From Candidatus Latescibacterota bacterium (lineage in GTDB: Bacteria; Latescibacterota; UBA2968; SICM01), in assembly GCA_965217865.1 (NCBI GenBank), contig CBDCJO010000002.1, forward strand, positions 4,448,001 to 4,512,000: a stretch of DNA of 64,000 nucleotides, read 5' to 3'. Shown piece after piece: positions 50,314 through 60,325 of this stretch. Positions within the stretch are counted from its first letter, which is position 1. The number at the start of each line of letters is the position of its first letter. The notes under the pieces were generated by a model. The model worked only from the letters and a program-made list of their open reading frames with translations. It was not told the DNA's origin and made no database searches. A program made the translations under genes and the position numbers.

Positions 50314-52272
50314 ATGACCCTTGAACTGCTCAGCGATCAGCTCGCGAGGTACCTGATCGACACAGCCTACAAGGCCACGTTCCTGCTGGCACTGGGATTC
50401 ATTCCCTGGCTGGTATTTCGCAATCGCCCTGCATGGCAAGCTCTGGTGTGGACCACCGTCTTAATCGCGCTTGTCGTCCTGCCGATTTCCGCTGTACTGC
50501 TTCCCGGGTTTGAGGTCCCCTTGATTCCACGAACGCACGTTGCGCCCCCCGCGCTGGATCAGGATAACGTCGAGACCGCCAACTTCAGGTCCTTTTCCGC
50601 CTCCGTACCTCCTCATCCTGTGTCTGAAGGAACTCAGGATCGAAATATCCCCCATACGAAGTGGATCCCCTGGGCCGCGGCCCTCTATCTCGCAGGACTC
50701 TGTTTCTCTATCCTCAAGATAGGGATTGGGCTCTGTCGTATGAGCCGGTTGAGAAAGGTCATACTTCCTGCGAGCGCCGATGGCGTGGCTCGTATCAATC
50801 GGTGGCGCGCCCGAATGGGGATTAAGGTTCCGGTTAATTTAGGGACATCGGAGAAGGTTAATGTACCCACCGTGGTCGGGTTCCGACGGCCGCTGATTGT
50901 GATTCCCGGACAACTGGCGGCCCACAAAGACGTCCAGACTCTCGACGGAATCCTTGTCCACGAGCTTGCCCACATAAAGCGGAGAGATACGTTTTACAAT
51001 CTCTTGGGACTTTTGGCGGCTGCAGTATATTGGTACCACCCTCTTGTTCATCTAACCAGGAGATGGCTGGCCGTGACGCGGGAGTTTGCCTGTGATGACT
51101 GGGCAGTATCTATCTTTAGAGATAGGAAAAAGTACTCTGCAACGCTGCTGGAAGTCACATCTGGTCTGGACGGACATCCCGCATTGGCATTGAGCATGGA
51201 CATGGCACGAACGGTCCCTGTTGTCCGGCGCGTTGAAAGGATTCTCAACCTTTCCAGGCAGATCACTCCCGAAACGGGTCGCCTTCGCGCTGCGGCCCTC
51301 ATTGCCACAATTTTTGCATTCTCCTTCGTCCTCGGCTGTATGCATCCCACGCACAGTCGTATTACCCCTCAAGGAGATTCTACACCTGTCGGAGGAAAAA
51401 CAATGTCTCGAACCAATGCGCTTCGATCAATCATGCCGCTGTTTCTGGTCGAGAACCTCGACACATCGACACAGTTTTATATCGACAAACTCGGATTTGA
51501 AGAGCTTTACCGCGGCAACTTTGGAGGGGGGTTCGTTCAGCTCCGTCGAGACGAGTGCGACATCTTTCTCGCCCGGAAGGACAGCGAAGTGGATCTCCGC
51601 AACATCAGAGCCAGGGCTCCAGAAAGAGCAGATTTCGCGTCGTACGACCTTCATATCGTGTGTCAAGCCGGGACGATAGACGCACTCTGGCATGAATATC
51701 GCAATTCTGGCGTGCAGATGGGCTCCGGACCTGAAGATCGTCCCTACGGTGTCCGGGATTTCGGCATTCACGATCCGGATGGCTACAGCATCGTATTCGG
51801 TGCGCCTATCGAGAGTATGACATCTCAAGGAGATTCTACACCTGCCGGAGGCAAAACAATGTCTCGAACCAATGCGCTTCGATCAATCATGCCGCTGTTT
51901 CTGGTCGAGAACCTCGACACATCGACACAGTTTTATATCGACAAACTCGGATTCGAAGAGCTTTACCGCGATAACTTTGGAGGGGGGTTCGTTCAGTTCC
52001 GTCGAGACGAGTGCGACATCTTTCTCGCCCGGAAGGACAGCGAAGTGGATCTCCGCAACATCAGAGCCAGGGCTCCAGAAAGAGCAGATTTCGCGTCGTA
52101 CGACCTTCATATCGCGTGTCAAGCCGGGACGATAGACGCACTCTGGCATGAATATCGCGATTCTGGCGTGCAGATGGGCTCCGGACCTGAAGATCGTCCC
52201 TACGGTGTCCGGGATTTCGGCATTCACGATCCGGATGGCTACAGCATCGTATTCGGTGCGCCTATCGAGTAA
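50314..52272 (+). CDS. BlaR1-like M56 peptidase fused to two tandem VOC domains
   Basis: HELAHIKRRD, YWYHPLV, REFACDD; two copies of FYIDKLGF...PEDRPYGVRDFGIHDPDGYSIVF. Confidence 0.9.
   Translation: MTLELLSDQLARYLIDTAYKATFLLALGFIPWLVFRNRPAWQALVWTTVLIALVVLPISAVLLPGFEVPLIPRTHVAPPALDQDNVETANFRSFSASVPPHPVSEGTQDRNIPHTKWIPWAAALYLAGLCFSILKIGIGLCRMSRLRKVILPASADGVARINRWRARMGIKVPVNLGTSEKVNVPTVVGFRRPLIVIPGQLAAHKDVQTLDGILVHELAHIKRRDTFYNLLGLLAAAVYWYHPLVHLTRRWLAVTREFACDDWAVSIFRDRKKYSATLLEVTSGLDGHPALALSMDMARTVPVVRRVERILNLSRQITPETGRLRAAALIATIFAFSFVLGCMHPTHSRITPQGDSTPVGGKTMSRTNALRSIMPLFLVENLDTSTQFYIDKLGFEELYRGNFGGGFVQLRRDECDIFLARKDSEVDLRNIRARAPERADFASYDLHIVCQAGTIDALWHEYRNSGVQMGSGPEDRPYGVRDFGIHDPDGYSIVFGAPIESMTSQGDSTPAGGKTMSRTNALRSIMPLFLVENLDTSTQFYIDKLGFEELYRDNFGGGFVQFRRDECDIFLARKDSEVDLRNIRARAPERADFASYDLHIACQAGTIDALWHEYRDSGVQMGSGPEDRPYGVRDFGIHDPDGYSIVFGAPIE
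51368..52269 (+). repeat. Near-perfect 456-bp tandem duplication
   Basis: 51368-51813 repeated at 51824-52269 with few substitutions. Confidence 0.95.
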
Positions 52273-52789
52273 ATTTCTTTGAGGTATTCCCAAAGTCCGC
52301 CTGGGCAGTCGTGGCAGCCCGCGACAAGCGAACATAAACTGGCTACTTCGTTGTGGCGATGTGTCTAGGAAGGATGAGAGATATATTGGCGGGCAGGGAG
52401 GTGGGAATCTGGAATGATATTAATTAGCTTCTGCGGGCAGGCCTTTTGGACAGAAAAAAAATGGTGGAGTTGAGGAAAGGATTCAAAACGTCCTCTTCCC
52501 TAAGGTTGAGTTTAAGTACAGTGATTACTCTGCGTCCGCGGTTATCAAGAACTATCTCAAGATCTCCCTATCTTTCCCAGATGGCGAAGCGCCAAATGTG
52601 GCGTTCTTTCGATGTGGGCCCCCATATATTACAATGGTGGCCTGTTTGTGACTAACGACGAAAATTTCCACAAGGAAAGCAAGAAAACCAGCGCTTCTAG
52701 ACTTGGATGCTAGACAAATCCTGAGGCCAGATGAAACTGCTTCTTTGTTCGAAGGATGATAACACCGATCCTCCGAGTTTTTGCACTGC

Positions 52790-52917
52790 GGCTAACAGCA
52801 CGCTCCCGGCTCGCGAGCGCTCGACCCAAATGGCAACGAGCTTGCCTTCCCGCTATTCGGAAGACAATTTATCGTTTGGTTAACGCGGCCATTTCGGGAG
52901 CCTGCGGAACGTTAGCG
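52790..52917 (+). mobile_element. Integron attC site
   Basis: GGCTAAC..GCTCCCG.../...CGGGAGC..GTTAGCG; 3' end shared with the next attC (GCCTGCGG(G)AACGTTAG). Confidence 0.65.
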
Positions 52918-53039
52918 GAAATTGCCCCCACCCCCCCAAAACAGCTTTTGCGTGCAAAAACAAAAAACTGCAAATGAGCCTTTCCAGTCACATCGGCGAA
53001 GGTTCATAAACCGTCGGTCTTGAATGGAAGGCCAGCAAC

Positions 53040-54033
53040 ATGAATACGAATTCTAAATACTTTGAAGTAAATCACGAATACTGGGATGAAGCGACGGAGA
53101 TTCATCTTAAGGGAAGCGAGACCTATCCCATCAAAGCCTTCAAATCTGGAAAGAGCACATTGTTTCCTTCCGACATAGAGGAAGTTGGTGACGTGAGAGG
53201 AAAGCAGATGCTGCATTTGCAATGTCACTTCGGATTGGACACTTTGTCGTGGGCACGACTTGGTGCGATAGTTACAGGCGTTGACTTTTCCGAGAAGTCA
53301 ATCGATGCGGCAAAATCCTTGAGCAAGGAAATCAATGTGCCCGCTGATTTCATTTGCTGCAACATCTATGACCTTCCCCATCATGAAAGTATTTGAACTT
53401 GGATACCCCTTCCTTTGGAAGGGGAGGAAAAGTTTAGCTTGCTGAGGGTAAGCTAAAAGGCTGTTTTGTCCGTACCGTAGTCGAAAAGGTAACTTCTAAA
53501 GTGATCAGAGGATATATTCGGTTTCATCTTCAAGAGCAGAAAGGGCCCCTACAGTTGGATCTGTTTGGGGAGGGGAGTGGTTAATGCCCCGCCCTTTGGG
53601 CGGGGTGATTTACTTGCAGGGAGAATTCGATATTGTCTACGCTTCATATGGTGTTCTTTATTGGCTGCCTGATTTGTCCAAATGGGCGGAGATCGTTTCT
53701 CGCTACGTGAAGGAAGGCGGATTCTTCTACCTAGCAGATGGGCATCCGTTTTGGGACGGGTGTATTGAAGATCTGGAGGACGGTGCCCGCCTTGAGGGCG
53801 ATTATTTTGCAAAGGGAGCGCAAAAATCAGAGCCGGGGTTCTTTGACTATGCCAATGAGGATGTAAAATCAACGGTGTCAGAATACGGCTGGAGATACAC
53901 TGTTTCAGGCGTTCTCAATGCTCTCATCCAGTCCGGAATGGCAATCGCATTTTTCAATGAATACCCAGCAATCAGTCCCGAAGGTACTCCCGCTCCCTAT
54001 CCGAAAAAGTTCACGCTGAAAGCTGTAAAGTAA
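53040..54033 (+). pseudogene. Class I SAM-dependent methyltransferase interrupted by a 229-bp insertion
   Basis: LHLQCHFGLDTLSWARLGA..GVDFS; removing 53385-53613 restores CNIYDLPHH|LQGEFDIVYASYGVLYWLPDL in frame. Confidence 0.85.
53385..53613 (+). mobile_element. Non-autonomous IS200/IS605-derived mini-element
   Basis: Subterminal hairpins ccccttcc-ttt-ggaagggg and ccccgccc-ttt-gggcgggg; TnpA C-terminal remnant FVRTV.EKVTSKVIRGYIRFH...QLDLF; no target duplication. Confidence 0.75.
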
Positions 54034-54152
54034 TTGCAAGTAAGATTGCGAGTAGATCCTCTCAAAAACTAAAATACAGATCAATGCTTTGTCGCACGCG
54101 GTATGTGCGCCCTGACCTCTATGACCGAGAGTGGCGCCGCCTATGCGACATC

Positions 54153-54241
54153 CGCTAACACACAGTTCACGGGCTTCGGTCGCTACGCTCCCTACTCCAC
54201 AAACCTGCTGCGCAGGCTTGCAGCCTGCGGGAACGTTAGGC
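54153..54241 (+). mobile_element. Integron attC site
   Basis: CGCTAAC...GTTAGGC with palindromic interior; CCGCTAAC is the exact complement of GTTAGCGG at the cassette start (52911). Confidence 0.7.
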
Positions 54242-54362
54242 AACATGGGAAAACCCTGTTGGACATTGTTTCGGTATATCTCCGTCTATGCAGTAGATAT
54301 ACCGCATTTCTGCAGGATAATTGTAGTTAGGCCGCCCGATCATTCACACGATGCAGGTACAT

Positions 54363-54815
54363 ATGCACTTGGATGAGATTGACCGTTCGATATCCACGTT
54401 CATGCATCGCTGGGGCATCCTTGCCTTACGCCTTTCGTTTGGAATCATCTTTATCTGGTTCGGCGTTCTCAAACCGCTTGGCCTGTCAGCGGCGGAGCCT
54501 CTTGTCATCGCAACGGTCCGTTGGCTGCCGTTATTCGATGGTCAGTTGTGGGTGACCATCATAGGGTGGTGGGAAGTTGCGACCGGGATAGCCTTTCTCT
54601 TTCGAAGGACGATCCGAGTCGCCATTGCGCTTCTGGCCTTACAGATGGTCGGGACATTCATGCCCTTGATCCTCCTGCCTGCAGTGACGTTCCAGGCCGG
54701 GCTTCTACCCTTTGGACCGACGGTGGAGGGTCAGTACATCATCAAGAACCTGATGATCATATCTGCAGCCCTGGTTATTGGTGGGACGGTCCGCAGAGGC
54801 GAAGAAGCGTCCTAA
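54363..54815 (+). CDS. DoxX-family membrane protein
   Basis: LRLSFGIIFIWFGVLK...GWWEV...GQYIIKNL; the stop lies within CCTAAC. Confidence 0.85.
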   Translation: MHLDEIDRSISTFMHRWGILALRLSFGIIFIWFGVLKPLGLSAAEPLVIATVRWLPLFDGQLWVTIIGWWEVATGIAFLFRRTIRVAIALLALQMVGTFMPLILLPAVTFQAGLLPFGPTVEGQYIIKNLMIISAALVIGGTVRRGEEAS

Positions 54816-55074
54816 CAATCAACAGCTATCGCGGTCACGGCAGAGACAGGCGAACCAGTAGGGTTTTTAGTTTCAGGCCCTTATGTCCTTTTTTTGATCG
54901 TGGGTCCAGATTGTCAAGCAAAACAAAGGCCCTTGTTCCTCAACCACTTGCTCTCTTCAGACCAATTGTGCTCTATAAATTGCTTGACATTACAATACAC
55001 CAATTTTAAGCTTCCGCCTTACCTAACCATACCGCATACCGCACGCATTTACCGTCTTGAAAGGAGGATGTAAA

Positions 55075-55445
55075 ATGGGCTGCTATAACTCAACGGTCGT
55101 AAACGCTCCGGTCGAAAAAGTGTGGGCGGCACTGAGAGATTTTCATAACCTATCCTGTTTGCCGAACGTGGTAGAAGATGTAAAGAAAGTCGGAGATCCT
55201 TCTGGAACTCAAGTCGGGGCAAAAAGAGTTGTAAATGGCGTTTTTCACGAAACCCTTATTGCTCTCGACGATCACGATCGTGTCCTTCGATATACCATCG
55301 ATGACGGTCCGGATGCGGTTTCAAAGGACAACGTTCAGGGATATATCGGTGAAGTCCGCGCATATCCCGTAACCGAGGATTCTTCGAATTTTGTGACCCG
55401 ATCTACAAAGCTTTGCTGGGTGATCTCAAGAAGACGTTCTCTTGA
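55075..55445 (+). pseudogene. SRPBCC/polyketide-cyclase family protein with internal deletion
   Basis: VVNAPVEKVWAALRDFH...ETLIALDD; C-terminal helix EFCDPIYKALLGDLKKTFS* is in another frame after ~55385. Confidence 0.7.
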
Positions 55446-55533
55446 CCTGACGTGGATTGGCACCTATGTCTTTGAAACCTCTTCAGCGGTCCATAATTTT
55501 ACGATGCGCAAAGGATGTGGCCTCAGAATTTGC

Positions 55534-55562
55534 TTGACACAGGGGGCGATGAAGCTTATAAT
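55534..55562 (+). promoter_or_regulatory. Perfect consensus sigma70 promoter
   Basis: TTGACA-N17-TATAAT, 130 nt upstream of the ABC gene. Confidence 0.85.
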
Positions 55563-55692
55563 TTGAACCGGTTGGCCTGAAAAAAAACAATATCAGAACT
55601 TGCAGATTTTGCCATACCAACCCAAAAGGCATCTGCTAACTCACGATAACGTCGCAGGGCGGTTCGCTATCGAGAATTAGCAGATTTTTTTT

Positions 55693-57924
55693 ATGAAACT
55701 GATCGAACCCATATCCGAGGACTTAAAACAGAAGATCGAACGCCACCTGCCCCCAGGGGAGGAGGAGCTGATCCGCGTCTCTACGGATATGTTAGAGGAC
55801 GGGACTTTCGGGAATCAGTGGGTGGTGGTCACCAGGGAGCGCGTCCTGGTCGTCCCCTCGAACGGGGAGGACGGTGTGGCAAACCTCCCGGTGCGAGATC
55901 TCCAAGCGGCACGGACCGAAGCCCTGGTGGGTGGTTCTCAGCTGGAGATCGAAAGAAAGACAGAACCTACTATCCGAGTTACCTATTCCAGCTCCCTGGG
56001 CCCCAAGTTCTCCGAAGTGGCACGCGGGATCGAGCAGCTTCGCCAGGGAAAACCGTTCCAGATCAACCCGGAACTTGACCGTACGCGCTGCGAAAAATGC
56101 GGCCGTCTGCTTCCGGAGAAGAACGGCATCTGCCCGGCGTGCATCCACCGCCTGGCAACTCTGGGTCGAATCGCCGTATACCTGAAGCCCTACAAAAGCC
56201 TTGCGGTAATCCTTGCGGTCGCATCGATCCTGACCACGGTATTCGAATTGATTCCCCCACTTATTACCAGGCGGATTGTGGACGAAGTGCTGGTTCCGAA
56301 GGCGGGCCCGGTTTTGGGTGGAGAGGATCGGGTATGGCTCCTGGGCGTACTGGTCCTGGGGCTTGTCGGTGTGCGGCTCCTTACCTGGGGTGCGGAATGG
56401 ATGCACGGCTGGACCAATACCTGGCTCACTTCCCGGGTGACCGCGGATATCCGCAGCCAGCTATACAAAAGATTGGAGCTGCTCTCTCTGCAGTTCTACG
56501 ATAAACGACAAGTCGGGGCGTTGATGTCCCGGGTTACGCGAGACAGCGGCCGCTTACAGGACTTCCTCGTGGATGGGCTGCCTTATCTCTTCATCAACGG
56601 GTTGATGTTCATCGGGATCCTTTTCGCCCTCTTCTTAATGAGCTGGAAACTGACGCTCTATGTGCTGGTTCCGATTCCCCTGATCCTGGTTTGGGGGATG
56701 GTGTTCTTGAAGCGGATGCGTCGGCTTTTCAACCGCTGGATGCAGGCCTGGTCGGATGCCATGTCCCGTGTCAACGAGTCCCTTACGGGCATTCGAGTGG
56801 TGAAGGCTTTCGCTCAGGAGAATCGGGAGATCGAGGTATTCGGCAAGTACAATTCTGATATCACTCGTATCGCGGTTAGGACGGAGATCAATCGCGCGGT
56901 TTTTTTCACTACCATGACCTTTCTCGTGGGTCTGGGGGTGCTGGTGGTCTGGTTGTTCGGGGGATGGGAGGTCATTGAAGGTGAGATGACCCTGGGCACG
57001 CTCCTGGCTTTTTACAGCTATATGTGGCTCCTCTATGGGCCTCTGGAATGGTTCGGAATGGTCAACAGCTGGATGACCCACGCCTTCGCCGGGGCTGAAC
57101 GAATCTTTGAGATCATCGATGCGCCCCCCGAGGGCTATGAAGATCCGGATTCACTTCCTCTGTCCGATATCAAAAAGGGGATCAGATTTCGGGACGTTAC
57201 CTTCGGATACGACAAGAGCAAACCGGTGCTGCACGATATCCATCTCAACGTCGCCGCAGGCGAGATGATAGGACTGGTCGGTAAATCCGGGGTCGGCAAG
57301 ACCACCATGGTGAACCTGATTTGCCGATTCTACGATGTGGATCACGGCGAAATCGAGATCGACGGTCAGGACATTCGGAAAATCCGTTTGAAGGACCTTC
57401 GAGGCCGGATCGGCATCGTGCCTCAGGAGCCATTCCTGTTCAGCGGAACGATCGCCGAGAACATCTCCTATGGAAGGCCCGGGGTGAATTTCGATGAGAT
57501 CGTGGGTGCCGCAAAGTCGGCGAACGCACACGCGTTTATCGTAGCCAAACCGGACGGATATGACTCGCAGGTGGGGGAACGGGGAGGTCAGCTCTCGGGG
57601 GGGGAGCGTCAGCGGATCGCGATCGCCCGGGCAATTCTTCACGACCCGAAGGTCCTGGTCCTGGACGAGGCCACTTCATCCGTGGATACAGCCACCGAGA
57701 AGCAGATCCAGGAAGCCATCGGCAGGCTGGTGAAGGGACGGACGACGTTTGCGATCGCCCACCGGCTCTCGACCTTGAGGAACGCTCAACGGCTGGTGAT
57801 GCTCGATGGAGGGCGGATCGTGGAGATGGGCACCCACGAAGCGTTGATGGAAAAGCGGGGGGCTTTCTACAACCTGGTGATGTTGCAGCGAGAGATGTCG
57901 GAGATGATCGCCGTAAAGGAGTAG
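55693..57924 (+). CDS. ABC exporter (fused permease/ATPase) with N-terminal extension and CxxC..CxxC ribbon
   Basis: RCEKCG...ICPAC; six-TM domain; GKSGVGKT, LSGGERQR, VLDEATS. Confidence 0.93.
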   Translation: MKLIEPISEDLKQKIERHLPPGEEELIRVSTDMLEDGTFGNQWVVVTRERVLVVPSNGEDGVANLPVRDLQAARTEALVGGSQLEIERKTEPTIRVTYSSSLGPKFSEVARGIEQLRQGKPFQINPELDRTRCEKCGRLLPEKNGICPACIHRLATLGRIAVYLKPYKSLAVILAVASILTTVFELIPPLITRRIVDEVLVPKAGPVLGGEDRVWLLGVLVLGLVGVRLLTWGAEWMHGWTNTWLTSRVTADIRSQLYKRLELLSLQFYDKRQVGALMSRVTRDSGRLQDFLVDGLPYLFINGLMFIGILFALFLMSWKLTLYVLVPIPLILVWGMVFLKRMRRLFNRWMQAWSDAMSRVNESLTGIRVVKAFAQENREIEVFGKYNSDITRIAVRTEINRAVFFTTMTFLVGLGVLVVWLFGGWEVIEGEMTLGTLLAFYSYMWLLYGPLEWFGMVNSWMTHAFAGAERIFEIIDAPPEGYEDPDSLPLSDIKKGIRFRDVTFGYDKSKPVLHDIHLNVAAGEMIGLVGKSGVGKTTMVNLICRFYDVDHGEIEIDGQDIRKIRLKDLRGRIGIVPQEPFLFSGTIAENISYGRPGVNFDEIVGAAKSANAHAFIVAKPDGYDSQVGERGGQLSGGERQRIAIARAILHDPKVLVLDEATSSVDTATEKQIQEAIGRLVKGRTTFAIAHRLSTLRNAQRLVMLDGGRIVEMGTHEALMEKRGAFYNLVMLQREMSEMIAVKE

Positions 57925-58049
57925 ACAAACGGTGAGGGTTGGGAGAAACGTGTTGAGAGGTGATGAGTAATTGGTGAGGCAAAATTTGTGAGAAGTGATA
58001 GGTGAGTGGCTATACAAACATTTACCAATCACCACTCACGAGGTTTTCT

Positions 58050-60287
58050 ATGGTTTCAACAAATCCTTTCATTGAAAATTTGCCGCCCGTCATCAAGGAC
58101 AAGCTCCAAAGGGTTAAACCGCCCGAGGAACCTGTTCTTATTCAGGTCGCCACCGATATGGCCGATGAAAGGTCTTTTGGGGAGCAGTGGTTGGTGGTGA
58201 CGGGAAAGCGACTGCTTGTCATCCCACCCGATGGGGCAGACGGAACCGTAGAGGTTCCGATTCCGGATGTGAAGACGGTCAAGGCCGAAGAGCTGGTAGG
58301 CGGGGGAAGGCTTGAATTAGAACGGAAGGTGGGGTGTGTGTCCACCCTCCACTATTCCCGCTCTCTTGCGCCCAAGTTCGCTGAGGTGGCAGAGGGGATT
58401 CGACAGCTATCCCAGGGGGAGTCCCTTTCTCTGCCGACGGAGGTGGCTCAAAACAGGTGCTCAAGATGTGGAAGCCTGCTTCCGGAAAGGGACGGGATAT
58501 GTCCGGCTTGTGTGAAGAAGTTGGATACTTTTATGCGAATCCTGGGCTATATGATGGCTTATAAAGGCCGAATGGCCTTGATGGTTATTCTTACTGTAAT
58601 CGGCACGGTACTGGAGTTGATCCCGCCGAAGATTACACAGTATATCATCGATGACGTGCTCACCCCCGGGACACACGGCGTTCTCCTGGTCTGGTTTGTC
58701 CTCGCGCTTCTGGGGATCAACGCATTGTCCTGGGCCACCCAGGTGGGAAAGAGATGGCTGAGTCGATGGCTGGGGCATCGGTCGATTCAGGAGGTTCGGG
58801 GGGAACTCTACGGCCAGTTTCAGTTCCTTCCTTTGCGGTTCTACGACCGGCGGCGGGTGGGTGCCCTGATATCCACTATGACGAACGACTCGGACCGGCT
58901 GGAAACTTACATGGTCATGGATATGCCTTTTATCCTTTCCAATTCCATGAAGTTCATTGGGATCCTTTTTTTCTTATTTCTCACCAACTGGGAGTTGACG
59001 CTTCTGGTCCTGCTCCCTGTTCCCCCGATTGTGCTGGTCGGAAGTCTCATGTGGAACCGATTGATGAGATTCTGGCGACTCTGGGGAGGCAAGTGGTCCC
59101 GGCTCAGCTCTCAGCTCAACGAGTCGATTACGGGAATCCGTGTGGTCAAGGCCTTCGCTCAGGAAGAGCGGGAGGGGAGGCGGTTCGATAAACACAACGA
59201 GGCGTTGAGGACGGTCAGCGTCAGCGGCGAACGGACCTGGTTCGTGTTCTTTACGGTTTCAAACTTTTTTATGAGCTGCGGGGTCTTCCTCGTCTGGTAC
59301 TTCGGCGGAGGACAGATCCTTCGGGAGGAGATGACGCTTGGGGAGTTGGTTGCGTTTATAAGCTACCTGTGGATGCTCTACGGGCCTCTTCAGTGGTTCG
59401 GGGATTATTATAATTTTATGCTTCGCGCTTTCGCCGGGGCGGAAAGGATCTTCGAGATCCTGGACTCCTCCAGGGAACAACCAGACGGCACCGAAGCTTT
59501 ACCGATGCCGCGAATGGAGGGCAGGGTGGTGTTTCGTAACACACAGTTCGGCTACGATCCGGGCAAGCCTGTGCTTAAAGGGATCGATCTCGATGTGGCG
59601 CCGGGGGAGATGATTGGCCTTGTGGGAAAATCGGGCGTGGGGAAGTCGACGATGATCAATCTGATCTGCCGGTTTTATGATCCTGACCGAGGCTGTGTGG
59701 AGATTGACGGGGTGGATATGCGCAATATCAGATTAAAGGATCTCCGTTCGCACATCGGAATGGTTCACCAGGAACCATTTTTGTTCGACGGAACGATCCT
59801 GGAGAACATCGCGTATGGAAAATCAGATGCCCCGTTTAAGGAAGTGGTTCGCGCGGCCATGGCCGCGGAGGCTCATGAGTTTATCGTCCGCAAACCCGAC
59901 GGGTACGACACGATGGTCGGGGAAAGGGGGGGGAGGCTTTCCGGGGGCGAAAAGCAGCGGATTGCGATTGCCCGGGCGATTCTATCCGACCCAAAGATCC
60001 TGATCCTGGACGAGGCCACGTCCTCCGTCGACACCCAGACCGAGAAGAGGATCCAGGAGGCCATTGCCCGACTGGTGAAAGGCCGGACAACCTTTGCCAT
60101 CGCCCACCGGCTCTCTACGCTTCGAATCGCGGACAAGCTGGTCGTCATGGACGACGGGAAGATAGCTGAAATGGGCGCCCACGAGGAGCTGATGGCTCGC
60201 GAGGGGCTCTTTCATCGCCTCGTCAAGACGCAACAAGAGACGTCGGCGGTCGTTGCGGTGGGTGGGGGAAAAAATGAGGGGAAGTAA
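58050..60287 (+). CDS. ABC exporter paralog with the same architecture
   Basis: RCSRCG...ICPAC; GKSGVGKS, LSGGEKQR, ILDEATS. Confidence 0.93.
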   Translation: MVSTNPFIENLPPVIKDKLQRVKPPEEPVLIQVATDMADERSFGEQWLVVTGKRLLVIPPDGADGTVEVPIPDVKTVKAEELVGGGRLELERKVGCVSTLHYSRSLAPKFAEVAEGIRQLSQGESLSLPTEVAQNRCSRCGSLLPERDGICPACVKKLDTFMRILGYMMAYKGRMALMVILTVIGTVLELIPPKITQYIIDDVLTPGTHGVLLVWFVLALLGINALSWATQVGKRWLSRWLGHRSIQEVRGELYGQFQFLPLRFYDRRRVGALISTMTNDSDRLETYMVMDMPFILSNSMKFIGILFFLFLTNWELTLLVLLPVPPIVLVGSLMWNRLMRFWRLWGGKWSRLSSQLNESITGIRVVKAFAQEEREGRRFDKHNEALRTVSVSGERTWFVFFTVSNFFMSCGVFLVWYFGGGQILREEMTLGELVAFISYLWMLYGPLQWFGDYYNFMLRAFAGAERIFEILDSSREQPDGTEALPMPRMEGRVVFRNTQFGYDPGKPVLKGIDLDVAPGEMIGLVGKSGVGKSTMINLICRFYDPDRGCVEIDGVDMRNIRLKDLRSHIGMVHQEPFLFDGTILENIAYGKSDAPFKEVVRAAMAAEAHEFIVRKPDGYDTMVGERGGRLSGGEKQRIAIARAILSDPKILILDEATSSVDTQTEKRIQEAIARLVKGRTTFAIAHRLSTLRIADKLVVMDDGKIAEMGAHEELMAREGLFHRLVKTQQETSAVVAVGGGKNEGK

Positions 60288-60325
60288 AACCGGTGGCGGG
60301 AATTGAAGGAACTGGGAAAGAGACT

